Assembly: GCF_024521635.1 (NCBI RefSeq)
Contig: NW_026250403.1
Span: 2,914,001 to 2,978,000 of the forward strand
Direction of reading: 5' to 3'
DNA from: Tricharina praecox
Taxonomy: Eukaryota
DNA: 64,000 bases
The position numbers were made by a program, and so were the translations under genes. The notes under the pieces were generated by a model, which was given only the letters and a program-made list of their open reading frames with translations, was not told where the DNA came from and did no database searches. Shown here piece after piece: positions 1 through 12,966 of the stretch. How positions within the stretch are numbered: position 1 is the stretch's first letter; every line of letters starts with the position of its first letter.

Positions 1-284
1 ACACACTATCATCGGGTGTTCCGAATTTGTCGCCTTCGGAGAAGTTCATCGAGAACTTTAGGCAACCCTTTAGCCTTGTTATCGTCCCGGGGAGGTCTCG
101 TGATACATCTTTGGACCCCCCCTCCCCTTCACTGCTCTCTCGGAGGTTAGGGGCATAAGGGCGGCACGCCATACAGGTTATCCGGTGAGGAGATCTGGCC
201 ATCGGAAGGCAACTACTCGACAGCGGCCAAATCATCCTCCCATCTCCTCGTCCACATCCCGATTGGCTACGGGTGAACAGTTTG

Positions 285-2355
285 ATGAACTCTCACACAT
301 TCGTCGACGCCTCTTCAAGAGTTGGAAGGCTGAGCAGGTAAACTTCCACCTTCGTATGGGATTCTTCGCGAAGAAAAAAAAAACTGACCCGGAGGTGCAG
401 CGAGGACTATGACTTAATTATACGTCAAGGGCCCGAAAGAGCTCGGGTAGCTGGTGTCAAAGAGAAAGGTAGATGGGTCCCGTGCCACGGTCGGTCTCCG
501 GTCCTAAACTCAACGATGCTGATGGCAATATGATAGATCGGAAACCCGTGGATCCTCCCCCGATCGTTCAGCTCAAAATCAGAGATGAAATGGATCCAGC
601 CCAGTGAGTTTGGTATCCGCTGTTCGACCCGGCAAGTCATTCTGACCATTTTTCCGAATAGAAACTACCTCCAGAGCCCTTACTATTTCATGTGCTGCAA
701 TCTTTACAGCGCAGTCCATGATGAACCCACATTGATCCCCCCACATCAAGCATTGGCCGGTACTCTGGTATCGTCCCTGCACAGATTGAAGGACATCGAC
801 AATAGCGGTTTGACCCCTGCCAATCCTCCATTTGTGGACTGCTGCTGATGACTCAAAAGACGGTGGATTCTTCGTCTTCGGGGACTTGTCGGTCAAAATC
901 GAGGGGGAATTCCGGTTGAAGTTCAGCCTCTTCGAGATGATGAAGTAAGTACCTCCTGACTGTCCGAGAGGTTTCCACATTACTCACACCTGGACCAGGA
1001 ATCAGGTGGTTCACATCAAATCGACTACCTCCGAGCCATTCACCGGTAAGCCATACCGCAGTCCCCTTGGTATCGTGTGTATTGGGCCGTCTAATTCTCT
1101 TCAGTCTACGCCGCCAAGAATTTCCCGGGAATGTCGGAGTCCACCTTTCTTTCTCGGTCTTTTGGCGATCAAGGAGTGAGACTGAGGATCAGAAAGGAGC
1201 CAAGGACATTACTGTGAGTTTTCACCCTACTTATTGGTTACCAATCGTTGATAACTTATTCACAGTAGAAAGCGGCCTCAACCACGACCAGAGGAGTATT
1301 CCGCCCGGCCATACAATCCGATGGGTCCCGACCCACGAGTAATGGGAGGCTATCAGCATCCGCCTGTATCCGGGTACTTGACGTCCCCCAGTCATGACTA
1401 CCCATCTCCATATTCGGACGGTGGGAAAAGGCAGCGTACGGACAATCATGTCAGTCCGCGACATTCAATCGATGCACGAGCGCCAGAACATCAATACATG
1501 GCTCGGGCATACGACCAGCAACACCAGCAGCCGCATCCGCAACATCCGCAACATCCGCAGCATCCTCAACATTATCAGCATCCTCAACAACCACAACCAC
1601 AACACCATCACCAGCAGCAGTCACAGCAGCAGCAGCAACCGCAGCCCTATATGTATCCTCCGGTATCCCAAGGGCAGTATCCCCCATACAGCGGCAACTA
1701 CAGCCAGCAACCACCCCCACCGCCTCTGCCACCTTCGACACAGTACGGGGCACCGCCACCCTCACCTGTACATTCGCTCCCCGATTCCTCTGCATACGGA
1801 CAGAGGGCGAACCCAACAGCTCAATCTCATTCTCCTTCACCTTACCATTCGCCCCGGACCCATACATATTCTCAGCAGCGCTCTCCACTTCCTCCGACGG
1901 TGGCACCGCAACCATCAACCCAGTTCAGATTTCCTCAACAACCCCTTCCCCACCAAGGAAGTGCACCTCCTCCGATAGCTCCACCACGGATCAACTCGCC
2001 TTCTTCAAGAAATCCGCCATCTTCGCATGCGCCATCTTCACATGCGCCATCTCTGCGGCCGCTACATGCTCCATCTCCACTTGGCGGGGGCGGACCACTC
2101 CCACAGTCGTCGTCTTTGCCGCCGATGCCGCCGCCGTTACTTTTGGCGGATCAACGACCACCACCTCCACTGTTGCAGCAGTCAAATACAAATCCTGTCT
2201 ACTTGCCTCCGCTGCTGCAGCTTCCTCCGATGAACTCGGGTTCGCAGATTCCATTACCGGGAGGGCAACGGAACACGATGCCGCCTATGCTGACACAACC
2301 GCCCAAGTATCCTGGGCCACCTTCCTCGCAGCAGAAACAGCAATCATCCGCATAG
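285..2355 (+). CDS. vosA: Velvet-domain regulator, VosA-like (8 exons)
   Basis: Spliced model: exons 285-337, 401-468, 537-603, 662-807, 860-944, 999-1045, 1105-1213, 1266-2355; all introns GT-AG with frame preserved. Gives [33 protein letters not shown]...YFMCCNL...[45 protein letters not shown]...[28 protein letters not shown], an N-terminal velvet domain, followed by a Pro/Gln-rich tail. This architecture fits VosA rather than VeA, VelB or VelC. Confidence 0.88.
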
Positions 2356-3293
2356 TGTACAGATTATCACGGATTTCCTTGGCAGTCGGTTTACGGAATC
2401 ATTGAGCGACCCGAGGGGCATTTTGTGCGTTTATTGTTTAATTGGATTTGGGCATCGGATGGGGTTTGATTTCTTATGGCATAAGTTGAATTTCGGAGGG
2501 GAGGGGGGAAGAGGGGTGGCAAAAGGTCGGGGAGGGGTGGCAAAAGGTTGGGGAGGTGTATTTTTCTGTCCGTTTCCGTTGTAGATAGAGGGGGGGTTGT
2601 GTCGTTATCAGTAGGACGGATTCTTGTGGCTTTTTTTTTATCAACTTTATTTCCGTTTCCTTTTTCCTTTTTCATCATTTGTTTCCCGGGATATGGCGCA
2701 GGTTATGACGGTATGGTATGTTATTTATTATGGTATTGCATGAATTCGGAAAGGAAAGTTGAATGAGAGGATTTCGACATGAGGGTTTACGGTGCAGACT
2801 TCGGGGACACTACGGGAACTATTGAATTGCTACATACTTCTGCCCTCGAGCAGATATCCACTGTTATTGGTACATCTACAAGTATTCCGTTTATGCTGGT
2901 GAAACAGCAGTCTTGTCTGCATGCGAATTCGAATAGGCGAATAGAAAGAACCGTTGGTATCGCGTGAGTACGTACATGAGCCTAATTGTTTGTACAATGC
3001 AGCACGAGCATATGCGGTTGTAATATTACCTTATTTCTTGTATGTAGACAAAGCATGTACTCACTCTATGTCCGATACCTTGTTGCCATACCACAGAGCA
3101 CAGCACAGCACTTGAATATTACAACCCCCATTGCCTCTGCATATCATCATCTTCTCTGCCAATACCCGTCCTCCATTCTCCTCCGTCTTCATTTATAGCC
3201 CCTACCCAATTACTTGTTGGAACATACCTACTGTACCGTACGATTACACTTCAACCTCCTCCCACCCCAATATCAGAATAGAAGCAGCAAGCC

Positions 3294-6200
3294 ATGAGCT
3301 CTCGTCCAGGCTCTCGTTCGGGCTCCAGTGGACCCGATCAGCCCGTCGTCGACCTCTCACTAATCGGACGATGGGATCCAAAAGACGGCACCAACACGGC
3401 CGATGTGATGATATATGCAAAGGCAAGCTCATATGATTCCCCCCCCCCCCCCCCCCAATTGCCCGTTGTCCCCATGCACTTGTTGTGTTCCTGCCGTGCC
3501 CTGTAGCTTTCCGAGCTCACACCACACTGGGCAAAACTAGGTTACGCCGCCGCAGCAGCAGCACTCGTTGAGGATCCCCTTCCTGCACCTCCAGCCGTTG
3601 GTGCTCCAGTCCACGCTCGTACGTGTCGTCCCCCTGCTGCCCGACGGCACGAGTCCTTGGGGGTCGCCCGGCGTTAGGGCGCTCGGTGTTTCTACCGTGG
3701 CTGGAAGGAAGCGGCGGATGCCGAGGGGGGGACCATTGCGGCGTGGGGATGGGGATGGGGAAGGGGGGATGGTGGACGGGGGAGGGGATGGGAGGGCTAC
3801 GGCTGGTGGTGGGGATGATGCGGAGTCGGTGGGTTCATCTTCTAGTGGGACTGGGACTTCGTTGCTTTCGAATGGGTCTTCGGAGGCACCGTATGATGAT
3901 GGCAGCCCGGAGGATCCGCTGCCTAATCTCATGCCACCACTTACGTTCGACGAGATGGATCTTTCTTCCGTCGAGGGCTTCGGGGGCGTCAGGCTGGGTG
4001 AGGTTGAGGTTGAAGATTCCAGCCGACAAGACAAGACCATCAGTGCAGACGAGCAGCAGGAGGAAGCTTCATCAATAGTGTCCAGTCCATTTCCCGAGCG
4101 GGGCCGCTGGCTACCAAGGGACCATGCAGCGTCGACCTCGCCAGAGCCCGGAGTGGCGCCTTTTGCGATGGCCGGGAGGAGATGCGTCAGTTATACCAGG
4201 ACCTATGACGGTGTGATGCAGCGCGTTCCACTGGGTGCCCATGAGTGGGACCGCATCCAGAAGTGTGCCGAGAGGATTCAGAGGGTTGAGACCCCCGTTG
4301 CCACGAGAGATAGAGCGGCCAATGTGGCTTTCACCCCGAGGGTCGATAGTAGAGGGAGGATAATCTCCTCGGGATCGTACAACAGTATCAGGAGCGTGTC
4401 GCCTCTAACCGCCCATCTGGCTCAGCGGCTTCAGCATGGTGATATTGATCACTCGGTGGACGAGGAGGAGATGGCAGAGCTGCTGCCTCACGGACACGAT
4501 GGCCCTGGAGAGTTCAGAGACAAAGTTAGGGGGAAGCTTCGCGGAGTCAGGCATGTGATGTTTTCTGAAGATCGACATTCTGAGTCGGAGTCGGAGGATA
4601 AGAACGCTGAAGACGACGAGATTACGATCGCCGTGGAGGACAATTCCCTCGTTGTGTGTTTCCTTCAACACGTCCGTCCAGATCCAGTGGTTATCGAGAT
4701 ACTGCTCAAGGTCAGGCCCATCCTGCTCGGGCAGAACAAGAACTACCATACCTTCATCTTTTCCGGCCTTCCTTACTGTAGGAACCCGGCCTTTTTCGAC
4801 TTCAGGGTCGACAGAGATGACGAGGAGTGGGTCTTCGATGCGGGCGATCACGACCAGACGGCTACGTTCGAACCTCTCGTTCTCGATGAGCCAAACAGGC
4901 TTCGTGGACAACTACATCTCCGGGATGCAACGCCTACCCAGCGCAGCATCATCATGCGGGCACAACGAGTTCCTTCCCATGTCGAGATTTACGGGCATAA
5001 GATTCGAAGCAAAACCAACGCTCTGTTCTCGTGGACTCCGGATGGGCATGTCGTGGCGGAGTTCGAGATAAAGGTTTACTTGATTGATGTCGATGTTGCG
5101 GACAATGTGGCGCGAAACATGATAAACCTGATACTCGTGAACGGCGTCGATGATCCCAAAGAAATCACAGTAAACTCCGCCTCTGGTCGCCGCGAGAAAT
5201 TCTCTCTGGAAGGTCCGGTGATGAAGGATGGCGAGGAATTGCAGAGTGCTCGGCTTCTGCAGGTCTCGAGGCTTGTGCGGGACTCCCGAGATTCAATGAC
5301 GATCAGCTTCCGCAAGGTTCAGGAATCTTTTCCCTGCTATTTTCACATTCCCCTGGTTGAAACCGGCAGTCACCGCGATATATTGGAGCAGATAGTGGTG
5401 ATTCATGAGCCACGTCTACCGCTGACCCTAGCCTTCACTCCGGATCTGTCGTTCTGGCGCGATCTGGGTGAAGAGAAGGATCTACTGGGTTCGAGGAAGA
5501 TAACTAGAATAGTTGACAGCTCGGCAATCGAATATCCCAGGGTCTGGGTGAATTCGCTGGAACCCGTCTGTTCAACCGCCATTGCCGTTCTCGGCAAGTT
5601 CAGAAACCTTGGGTTCGTCGATAAATTGACGTACCAGATCGAGGAGCACTCGCCGGCGCTCTGGAGCGCACGCAATCCAATTTCTCTCCACTTGCGAATG
5701 TCATTTGAAATTGAGGGCCCGGTGAAGAATGGAGCGGAATTGTCGAGGGTGCACAGAGGGTTATTTCAGGTTGAGTTCATCACCATCAATGGCGCCCCGG
5801 CTAAGATGGCATTCATGGACGAGGATGAGCTGGTCATCCTTAATCACGGGCATGAGTACGAGACGGTGCCGATGAAGTTCAGCGTTTACTGGGTATCCAT
5901 GCAACCGCATACCACCGACACGATTGGCGGGGGCAAGATGCTGGAATTCCAACTACCGCGCATCCACGAAAAGTTGGTGGGTCGAGCGGTCTGCAAGTAT
6001 CCGCATGGACCAGCCCAAATAACCTCAAGGTCACACCTCCTGGATACACCCCCGCCAGACGCTGGGCCCTGGACCGTGGTTTTCACCAACGGAAAGGCTA
6101 CCCTGTCAGGATTACAGACTTTTAGCAGCCGCATGTACCTTCAGATTCCGGCAGAGTCGTCCCGGTGGCCGCCGAAGTCCCGGGCCGGAAGCATCATCGC

Positions 6201-6972
6201 CGACGCTGACTCGTTGGCCGAAGGGCTCGTATTTAGGAACTCGGCACACGACGAAGCGTCTTCACTTGATGGCCCGGCTTCCACCACGCGCTTGCCATCC
6301 CCTGATCCATCTCCATTTTCTTTCGATGGAGCCTACAGCCCACCGTCAACCTTGCGGCACCTCTCGACAGATTTCGGCCCAAACCCATTCGCAGTGGCCG
6401 TGGAACACAAGGACCAAGGCTCCTCCGACGGCCCCACTCCGCAGGAAGAAGCAATGGGGTGTCTCCGTAGAGTCTTCCTCTTGCTTTTGATTGCCGTGAC
6501 GTTTCTCGGTTGCTACTACTGCTATATGGACCTGGGAGGACAGTCGTTCTGGGCGCCGCAGTCGCGATTCCACCCGTACCAGGCCACGGCGAGATCGTCG
6601 TACGAACGCCTGGAGAACTTGCTGATGGAGGGGTACGCGGATATCCTGCATGACGAGGCACCACCACCAACGCAGGATCACTGGAGAGGCATTTATACGC
6701 CGGAGCCGCTCTCCGTCGTGCCTGCCACTCCGGATGCGGATGAACCCGCGATAGAGTCGGGGAGTCCGACTGTTACTTGGAGAGACGATGGGGTGATGGC
6801 TGGCGAGTACGAGAGCGGCATGGGAGGAGAAGGAGAAGGAGGAGGAGCAGGAGGAGGAGGAGGAGGAGCAGGGGAACCACGGGGTGTGGGATTGTATCGA
6901 CACGGCTTTGTGGCGCTTAACTTTTGGACGGTGGCAAGGACTTTGTGGGCGCGTTTGAGAGGTTTGTTTTGA
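3294..6972 (+). CDS. Uncharacterised ~1,186-aa protein with one C-proximal transmembrane helix; first intron is GC-AG
   Basis: The 1134-codon ORF lacks an ATG at its 5' edge. Exon 1 (3294-3422, MSSRPGS...MIYAK) joins in phase 0 to 3541 via AAG|GCAAGC...GCTCAC...ACTAG. Hydrophobic segment VFLLLLIAVTFLGCYYCYM at ~6472-6528. No family recognised. Confidence 0.75.
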
Positions 6973-7003
6973 TTACCTACTCTGATGTGATTTGAATTGG
7001 CTT

Positions 7004-7110
7004 GATGCATAGCTTATTGTGGGGAGCTTTGGTTTGGCATGATGTATATAGCTTACGATGGGGAGCTTTGGTTTGGCATGATGCATAGCATACTATGGGG
7101 AGCTTTGATT
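7004..7110 (+). repeat. Imperfect ~37-39 bp tandem repeat (about 3 copies) in 3' UTR
   Basis: Core TGGGGAGCTTTG occurs three times, with GTTTGGCATGATG following twice. Confidence 0.8.
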
Positions 7111-8283
7111 GAGTGGAATGAGGCTTCTTGATGGACTTTTTCTTCTTTTGTTTTGCTACCAAGTAGATGGCTAGATGGACGAACTTACCTATTTTATTCT
7201 TGATGGACATGATTAACATGGCAGGATAGTACTTGGATTGTACTTTTACTCTTACTTATAGTTGCGGGATGCGGGATGGCTCTGAGGACTTTCCCGCTTC
7301 ATTTCCTCTTTGGGTTTTTTTTATGTTTATGTTTAAAGGGCCAACACTCATGGCAATGGTATGATACCAAATTGGAATGGGAAAAGAAGTGTCCAATTGT
7401 TATGCATAGGAAAAGGTCTCGTACATACATGTAACTTTTTTATCCTGATGGGGGAAGGGGAGGGGTTTTTTGTTGATTTTGTCTGGTCCAAACCCACCGA
7501 AAGTGACAGAAGATGAACAAGAAAGTGTCATGATGCCCTCAAATCCCCTATGATAGGTATTGAGAGCGAATAGAGTAGAGTATCCAGAGGTGAAGGGGAA
7601 GAATTGAATTACCCGAATCCCATAAACGATGAAGAAGGAGAAAGGAAAAAGGAAAAATGAAACGGAAAAGGAAAAAGAAAGAGAAAGAAAGAAAGAAAAG
7701 AAAGATGAACAACCTTGAAGACAGATGTGGGGGGCTGGCTGGCTGCTAAACGCACTGAAAGCCAGCCAGCCAAAGAAACAGAATAGGTACTTAGAGAAGT
7801 AAGTAGGAAAGAAAAAAACGAAACCCCGGGGCCATGGCATTTTCAGAAGAAAAAAAAGAAAACACTTTGAGATGAAGAAGATTAGGAGAAACAGAACGAA
7901 CAATACAAGAGAGCGAAGGAAGGAAGCAAGGAAAGGGAAACGAGAGATGCATAATGTGACAAAGACAAACAGCTCACAACCGCGCGCGATAACTACCACC
8001 TTTTCTAGAGTAAAAGTGAAAAAAAAACGTATTTGGCAAAATAAGAGGAAGTAGAGATGCAAGAAGAAAAAAAAAGCTGGACTTGAAATTGGAACGTATA
8101 AAAACCTATCCGCCCGCCGAAAAGAAAAAAAAGCTGGAGCCTACAACAACCTATTCAACCCTCTCCGCCATCCATCCACCCCTCATTCAACAAAGGCCGA
8201 GGAACATCACAACATATCACTCGACTTGTTACAGCCACCCAGTCTCATTGTGCTTACAAACCAGCCAACCCTGTCCAGCCAAC

Positions 8284-10337
8284 CTAAAAGTCGATCAGGT
8301 TCTGGTTCTGTTGTTGCTGCTGCTGCGGCTGTCCGAATGGATTTGCGTTGCCGCCCTGGTAGGTCATGCCGGCGGGGCCGGTGTGTGCGGGGACCAGTCT
8401 CTGCTGCTGCGGCTGGAGACTAGCACCAAATCCTGTCGTCTGCGGCATACCTGTGAACTGTGTTTGCTGCATCCATGGGTTGTTCCCCGTGGCCTGTGCG
8501 GGCGTCGGACCGCGCCTCATTCCGGCTGAATTCACGAACATGCCTGGCGCAGTGTGCTGGGCCGGGATTCTGAGATCACCAGTATTTCCAAACGTATCCA
8601 GACCGTTTCCGCCAGCCAACAGTGCCTCCAGTTGGGCGTGTTGGGGATTTATCGGTTTTGCTGGCTGCTGCTGCTGCTGAGTAGGGACAGGAGTCGACGG
8701 TGATGAGAACGAGGGCTGCTGGCCAAAGGCAGTCTGCTGGGATTGCTGCTGGAACTGACTGAATGAAGGGGTTTGTGTCCGTTGCTCCTGGAGGGCCGCG
8801 AGACTCGGTTGGCCATTGTTCCTTGGTGGCGACTGCGTACCATAGCTCATCTTCGGGGCGAATGGATTGTTTGAACCGGTAGGAAGGGGCACCATCGGTT
8901 GCGCCGGCTGCAGACCATTCGCGTAAGGGTTGTTGTTGCCCGGGGACATGTACGCGGTTTGCTGCGGACTGAGGTTACCGCCATTCGCGTACGGATTCTG
9001 CGCGGCGAAGCCAGTGGGTTGAGCGACCATCTGTTGCCCATATCCCTGCGGTTGCTGCATTTGCTGCTGCTGCTGCTGCATTTGCTGTTGCTGCTGAAGT
9101 TGCTGCTGCTGCTGCATTGCCTGCTGCATGTCAAATCCAGTTGGCTGGGGAAATTGCTGCTGATTCGCAAACTGCCCAGTTGGCTGTCCGTAAACACCAT
9201 TCAAGTAGCCGGTGTTCTGCTGGTTCATCGGGTTACCCCAGAAATCCACCATCTGGCCTTGCTGGTAGTCTGGCTGCTGCTGGAACGCTGTCTGCTGGTA
9301 CTGCAACGGCTGAGCTTGCTGTTGAACCGGGGCATCATCGAAAAGAGAGTCTGCGTTAATCTGTCCCTGCTCCTTCTGGGCACGCTCGCGCTCCGCTTCT
9401 TCCTTGCTCAACCGGATCGCCTTCGCCAGGTCATCATCGGGGACATTGCTCTGCGACTGTCTCTTCTTGTCTTCCTCCGCCTGGTTCTTGCTCGCCTCAA
9501 TCGCCAATCTGTATTCCAGATCCTCCTCATCCGTCCTGGCGCTCGGGCCTGGGTTCGAGTGTCTCCGTGGGCGCTGCCGTTCCGACGACCGTCCGGGGTA
9601 TCCATTAGACGAAGCAGAGTCCTCAATTCCAGACACCCGTGACTTCCACGATTTCCGATCCTTTCGTTCGTTACGCAGGCGTTCCTCGTCGAGCAGCAAT
9701 GAGGTGAGCTCCTTCGCGGATACCCGAACTGTCACACCCCCACGTCAGCCGCTGCAACCACAATCTATGCAAACGCACATCATCCATACCATTCATTCCC
9801 TGATCCTTTCCTTCCTCGTCGACGTACTGGAACTCGCGCAGAGTCTTAATGATGTAAATGTTGTCCTTGGCCCATACAACCACGTGCTCGGAACCTTCGT
9901 GCAAGCAGTAGTCCAGCACTTTGAGTGCCTTCAACACGTGCCGCCAATTCTTTCCCTTGTCGTTCAACCGTTTGTCGAGCATGTCCATGATTTCAAAGAA
10001 ATCTGTAGTCCTAGTACTTATAGCTGAGTTAGTACCGGTTTCGCTGGGCGTGCAAACAGAATGCGACAGGTTGGGAACTACGGGAAACACCTCAGGTGAG
10101 TGTGGGGGGAGACCAACGTATCAAACGTCATCCGAGCGATGTCGCTCATCTCTGTTCCCGTGGGACCCCATGGATCATTACTCGTAGCTAGGGTGGCCAT
10201 CATCAGCAACTATCACTTCTGCCTCGGCCGACAAATCCAGCGTGTGGGAGAGCGCCAATCTCACCATTCCGTACCTTCACCTGGGTGTTCGAGTAACCCT
10301 TGGTGACATTCTTGACTGTTCTGATAACCTTAGACAT
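8284..10337 (-). CDS. ENT2: Epsin (ENTH domain, two UIMs, NPF motifs, C-terminal clathrin box)
   Basis: Spliced N-terminus MSKVIRTVKNVTKGYSNTQVKVRNATSNDPWGPTG...FFEIMDMLDKRLNDKGKNWRHVLKALKVLDY (ENTH). UIM-like EEDLEYRLAIEASK and DDDLAKAIRLSKEE, NPF/NPY/NPW motifs, terminal NLIDF. Three introns. Ent1 versus Ent2 orthology cannot be resolved. Confidence 0.92.
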
Positions 10338-12789
10338 GGTTGCTGTTGTGAGTGCGACAACAGACTACAAGCGGGAGGTGGAGGTGTCGATGGAGAAGGT
10401 CGCAGTAGGAGAGGTGGTTGTCGACAAGCGGGAGCGGGGGCGACGGGACAGGGACTGCGGCTCTGCGGATGGTCAATGCTATGCGTCCCTTCGTGTCGTA
10501 TCTTCTTTCCAACTCCCAGGTCCGGGTGTGGGAAGCGGGGCTGGAAACTGTTGCGTGGCTATGCGACGACGGTCGACCGACCGAGAGTGATGGTGGATAG
10601 CTTGGGGGGTTGATGGTCCGACGAGCAGTGTCGCGGGCACGGTAGAAGAGCGGGTGGAGAGAGGGGGTGGAGAGGTGCGGGCGGCTAGGGGGATGGGCGG
10701 TGAAGGCGGGAAGGAGGGATATTGCCGCAAGTTTCGAGATGAGGTGTGTGTGGTTTGAGAGTAGGTGTGTATGGGGTGTATCTTTGGTGGTAGTAGTTAC
10801 TAGTAGTGCAGTACGTAAGTAAAGCTTGGGTCAGGCGAATCCCAAGTCAAGTGCAACGGGAACGGGACCGGTACCTCCTTTTTTTTTCTACGCAAAGGTT
10901 CCCCGATGCCCGTGATGTCCGCTCTTCGCTTAATATGTTTTCCGGTTGCCCAGCAACTGTTACGCGTCCACTATGCCGGCAGCCCTTCGGGGAGTTGGGA
11001 ACTTTGCCGTGCCGGATCCACAGTGTGGCGTGTGCCTGAAGTGAAGTGGCGTGCAACAAACGGCTGCGGCGTGTGGCTGTGGCGGAGCTCTGCTGTGCGT
11101 CTTGGCGTGTGCGTAAACTTACTGCTTGGCTGTGCGGTGTTGCGTACTTGTGTACCATTGGCGTACTCGTGTATCATTGCCTTAAGTCCCAGGTGCAACC
11201 GGTTACTTTGAAAGATAGCAACCCACCACTGAGTCTCCGTTTCACCTGACTCAGCCAGTTTGAAAGCAGTGGCCTACTTGAAGCCGCTGGATGCACGGCA
11301 GGGACGGTTATGGCTGTGAGATTTGATAATACGCGTCCAATGAAGCGTATAAGAAGGTCACGATCCCGCTATTTATCTTGGAGAATTAAATGTACAGAGT
11401 GATATTTCATGAACAGATGCATCACGTTGCGGAATTCCCACTGCTGAGATAGACTGGTTACAATCACGGGAACATACAAACGATAGTCCGAATATCACCT
11501 TTCTAATTGCATAGTCCATGAGCTTTTAGCTGTCAAATATGCAGCATTAGAGAATCGATACTCACCATAGCAAGCGAGCCGGCTGGCCGGGCCGGCTACG
11601 GTCTGCGCGCGAGTGAGGGAAACACCTGACACTCAAGCTTGGAAAGAGCAATAGTCGCTCACTCGTCAACCGCCATTGGGAGTAGATCGATTAGACGGTT
11701 CATATGACTCAAGAATACTTGCATAATTGCACAACTCACCATTAGTCCCTTAAGTGAATAGTTTGACCCGAAGACATGTCCCCAATCAAACGCACCTCTG
11801 ATTCGATCAGCCCACGATAGATAGTAGAAAAAAACGTGCAAAGCCGGGCGGCCTAGCTTCCAAGAGACTCAATGGCGTAGTACAAGTTCCCAGAACGACA
11901 GTGGCCAGGTAGAATAAGAGCACAGGAAACATTGGCGCCTACATGAAGCGGAATGTCTCCAGTCGCACTACCGCTCGGATTTGAATCAAGCAATCTCGGA
12001 GAATACATATTTACTCGGGAATTTTTTCTTCTCCTACAGTCTCAATTCTACGGTATCGAAAAGAATTATACGCAGTGTTGCAAAGATACGCTTGCTAAAA
12101 AGCCGGAAGGACTACCGCAGTTCTTCCGAATACAAATTGTGACGTACTGTCCAGAATACAAGAAAAGTACCAGAGGATTACCTTATGATAGTTCATTGGT
12201 ATTCAAATGACCGTGGTATTCTTCCCGTATCAATCGTATCCCACTTTTTGCTACTGTTCCTACACACAGGGTCTCCCATCCACTGCCAACCCCGACCTCG
12301 ATCAGTCCGCAGGCAGCTCCCCTACCCACCGCCTTAGTCTGTCGCGGAAACATATGGAGCGCACCAAAGAAAATACGAATGAGAGTGCCCCCAGCGAGGC
12401 GTAACGAAAGGACCGAGTGATCGTAGTGATTCCAAGACTCAGAAACTCCCTACAATGTAGGCCCGCATCCACAAACGCATCCGCACTTCCTGTGGGAACG
12501 AGTGTGTTCCTGTGAGTATTCAACTAACCGTTCGCAGGACCGGTGGTGGGTGCTTGGAACATTCGGTGCGGTAGCGGGTCCAAATTCAGGTTTCTTTCCC
12601 TCTCTCTCCCTCTTGTACCTGTAGCTCCTGGACCCCAAGATACCACTTCACTCCATCTCGATCGTTCCAGTGAATCACCTCCACAAGTCCTTCCAACACA
12701 CCCCACCATTTCCCCCTTCTCTATTTGGTAGCTCATTGGGGGTATCACATGCCTTAAACTTTCAGCAAACCATGGTACAGAAATATTGT

Positions 12790-12966
12790 CATATCCCCCG
12801 TATCCTACCATATCCTCCCATATCCACCCATATCCACCCATATCCACCCATATCAATACCATATCAATCCATATCCTCCCATATCCATCCATATCCATCC
12901 ATATCCTCCCATATCCACCCATATCCACCCATATCGATCCGTATCCTCCCATATCCTCCCATATCA
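12790..12966 (+). repeat. Decamer minisatellite (CATATCCWCC)n, about 17-18 degenerate copies
   Basis: 10-bp periodicity directly visible; it explains the spurious HPYPPISS and MGGYGWIW ORFs. Confidence 0.9.

Noticed and set aside
7400-8062. 220-aa Phe/Leu-rich ORF on - strand
   Set aside because: Translation of U-rich 3' UTR sequence downstream of epsin; low complexity, non-ATG start, no motifs.
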